A stretch of 64,000 nucleotides of DNA from Eledone cirrhosa. Taxonomy: Eukaryota. Of the stretch, positions 61,767-64,000 are shown piece after piece (position 1 is the stretch's first letter; the number at the start of each line of letters is the position of its first letter). Under the pieces are notes generated by a model. The model was not told the DNA's origin, did not search any database, and saw nothing but the letters and a program-made list of their open reading frames with translations. Location: positions 5,270,001 to 5,334,000 of the forward strand of contig OZ024742.1 of NCBI GenBank assembly GCA_964016885.1, given 5' to 3'. The position numbers and the translations under genes are program-made.

Positions 61767-61826
61767 TTTTATTGGCTTACAATGTTTCTTCCTTACGTAA
61801 CCGTAGGATTCGTCAGAGCTATAAAA
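61767..61826 (-). ncRNA. Type I hammerhead ribozyme, canonical core, near the 3' end of a ~740-bp insertion (about 61728-62465)
   Basis: Minus strand reads ttttatagct-CTGACGA-atcctacggttacgtaaggaa-GAAAC-att-GTA-agccaataaaa. Confidence 0.88.
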
Positions 61827-62461
61827 GGGGTTTGATTGGTGTTATGGACTCTACCAACCAAACATTCAAGAACAAAGAGTAAAGAGAGTAAAGAACAAAA
61901 GTAGGGGACGATAAGTCTAATTTTGGTGCGGGAGGGTAGGGTGTGGGTCCTTGTTTACTAGCTGCGGTAATATTCATTCCCGGGAGTCGAGTGGTTAGCT
62001 GAACCATATATGGGTGGCGTCGATAGTATGGTGCAGAGGGTGCGCATAGGCTACACAAACACAAAGGGCATACAATATATATATATATATAGCGGAGGAG
62101 AAGGTACATGAGGTAATTAGAAATGGAAAAATAGTAATAATAATAATCTATAATTAATAGTGTATAATAAGGCATGGGGAAGATTACACTATAATAAGGT
62201 ATAAAAGTAAGAATAAGGTAAAATATAAAGGAGGATAAGAGTGGAAATAATAAAGATAAAAAAATATATAGAGAATATATAAAGAAATATAAGCGAATAT
62301 TTGGAGGGGAAAACACAATGTAAAAAAACCGATTTTTTCAAATAATAATAAAAATATAATAATTATGGGAGGAGAAAACGGGATAGAGAAATATGATCAA
62401 GTGTGATTAGTTGAGAGAATATAAGATGATAATAGTTATGTCAAGGTTATACATCTTAATA

Positions 62462-62505
<44 letters not shown>

Positions 62506-62516
62506 AATGAGTCAGG

Positions 62517-62607
62517 ACCCCGGCGCTGTGTTCCGGCCGTTTCGCTAGATCCGAACTAAACCAGTAGTATTAGGACGGTAGAGACGTTGCTGAACTTATC
62601 AAGGGGT
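62517..62607 (-). ncRNA. Degenerate hammerhead (U3-A8 core, triplet mutated to GCC); family of 14772 and 62885
   Basis: Minus strand reads acccc-TTGATAA-...-GAAAC-ggccggaacacagc-GCC-ggggt. Confidence 0.55.
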
Positions 62608-62804
62608 ACAGTCCATATATGCAATCAAAACACGGTAGAATTATCATATAAAGCAATCCTAAAAATTGTAGTTTTCTTGTTTGTCACAAGAAGTGTTCTA
62701 TGATTTTGGGATGTCATATACATGGTTAAATTCCTTCATAGCGGCGGGGGTGTGGTGGGGCTGAACTGGTCTGTAGAATAAAGGAAGAATATATATATAT
62801 ATAT

Positions 62805-63015
62805 ATAACAAAGGAAGTGTGGTAAGTAACCAGGTGGATAATAACGCACCAGAGTACTCGATACTATGGGTAGTAGAGTGGGTAATAGGAAAAGAGTCAG
62901 GACCCCGACGGCTGAGCTCCGGCCGTTTCGACAGCTAGTTCTGAACCGTTCAGAACTAGCTGTTGAAATGGCCGAAACGGCCGCAGCTCAGCTGTCGGGG
63001 TCCTGACTCTTTTCC

Positions 63016-63018
<3 letters not shown>
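62805..63018 (-). mobile_element. Short pseudo-LTR-like insertion with fold-back palindrome 62885-63018 (centre 62947)
   Basis: Homologous to the reverse complement of 14772-14972. The arms carry GAAAC-ggcc...agcY-GTC-ggggtc, with a 9-nt duplication on the right arm. Confidence 0.85.
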
Positions 63019-63062
<44 letters not shown>

Positions 63063-63556
63063 AATAGAGCCTATGCAGATTGATGCCGTGAGGGCATCGG
63101 CCACTGGCACCCGGGATGTTTTCGGGATCTTGAGAGGCATCTTATGTAATCAGTAAAGTAATCCATGATACATTAAAAAAAGACGATATTATATATAAAC
63201 TGTATTAGGAGAAAATTAGTGACAGAAATATTTGAATGTTTATTTAAGCGATCGCTAACCGGAAGTGTTGACGTTTGAGAATGTTAAAGAAGTGAATCTT
63301 TAAATAAGTAATAAAATATATTTAATGAACAGCCACGAAATTTAGCACATAAATTACGTAATATTCATTAATTATTTTTTCAAAGTAATTCAACTTATTT
63401 TACAAACGGGATAAAAAAATATATTCTAGATGCAGTCCCGCACTCCTTACTTTATTAAAGTTTAGATTTAGCAGAAAGCTTAAATCTTAGAGTTGACTCC
63501 ACCGTTAAGTCTCATTTCTATGGTCAGTTTATTGTAAAAACCCATGGTCTTTCGCA

Positions 63557-64000
63557 TGTGTGTGTATGTGGTGGACTGTATGTGTGTGTATGTGGTGGAC
63601 TGTATGTGTGTGTGTGTATGTGGTGGGCTGTATGTGTGTGTGTGTATGTGGTGGGCTGTATGTGTGTGTGTGTGTGTATGTGGTGGACTGTATGTGTGTG
63701 TGTATGTGGTGGACTGTATGTGTGTGTGTGTATGTGGTGGGCTGTATGTGTGTGTGTGTATGTGGTGGGCTGTATGTGTGTGTGTGTGTGTATGTGGTGG
63801 ACTGTATGTGTGTGTGTATGTGGTGGACTGTATGTGTGTGTGTATGTGGTGGACTGTATGTGTGTGTGTATGTGGTGGGCTGTATGTGTGTGTGTGTGTA
63901 TGTGGTGGGCTGTATGTGTGTGTGTATGTGGTGGACTGTATGTGTGTGTGTATGTGGTGGACTGTATGTGTGTGTGTGTATGTGGTGGGCTGTATGTGTG
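63557..64000. repeat. Minisatellite (TG)nTATGTGGTGGRCTGTA, ~22-28-bp variable unit, running off the window
   Basis: Direct reading. Confidence 0.95.

Noticed and set aside
61819-62316. 165-aa hydrophobic minus-strand ORF
   Set aside because: Low-complexity T-rich strand upstream of a hammerhead, typical of element UTR sequence, with no recognisable domain.

Overview
Eukaryotic, very AT-rich repeat-dense DNA. The (TA)n/(CA)n density and repeat content suggest an invertebrate, possibly an octopus-like cephalopod (inference only). No intact host gene is visible. There is a 200-N gap at 904-1103. Positions 1-31.5 kb and 60.7-64 kb consist of short insertions separated by (TA)n microsatellites: at least five decayed Penelope-like element (PLE) coding fragments (RT and/or GIY-YIG), one 5'-truncated RTE LINE, one non-autonomous Helitron-like element, a ~600-bp structured repeat and two minisatellites. 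Positions 31.5-60.7 kb are a ~29-kb array of a 30-bp satellite with nested higher-order repeats. The main hidden signal is about 22 type I hammerhead ribozyme motifs, read by eye, from at least 10 sequence families. They show helix covariation between copies, U3-A8 and U4C core variants, very long stem II insertions and palindromic stem III loops. One non-coding ~440-nt hammerhead family occurs as greater-than-unit-length copies with a shared 3' end, as expected for reverse transcription of a circular RNA (retrozyme-like). Five of eight long palindromes are centred in or next to a hammerhead. Most ORFs in the supplied track are translation artefacts of microsatellite or satellite DNA.
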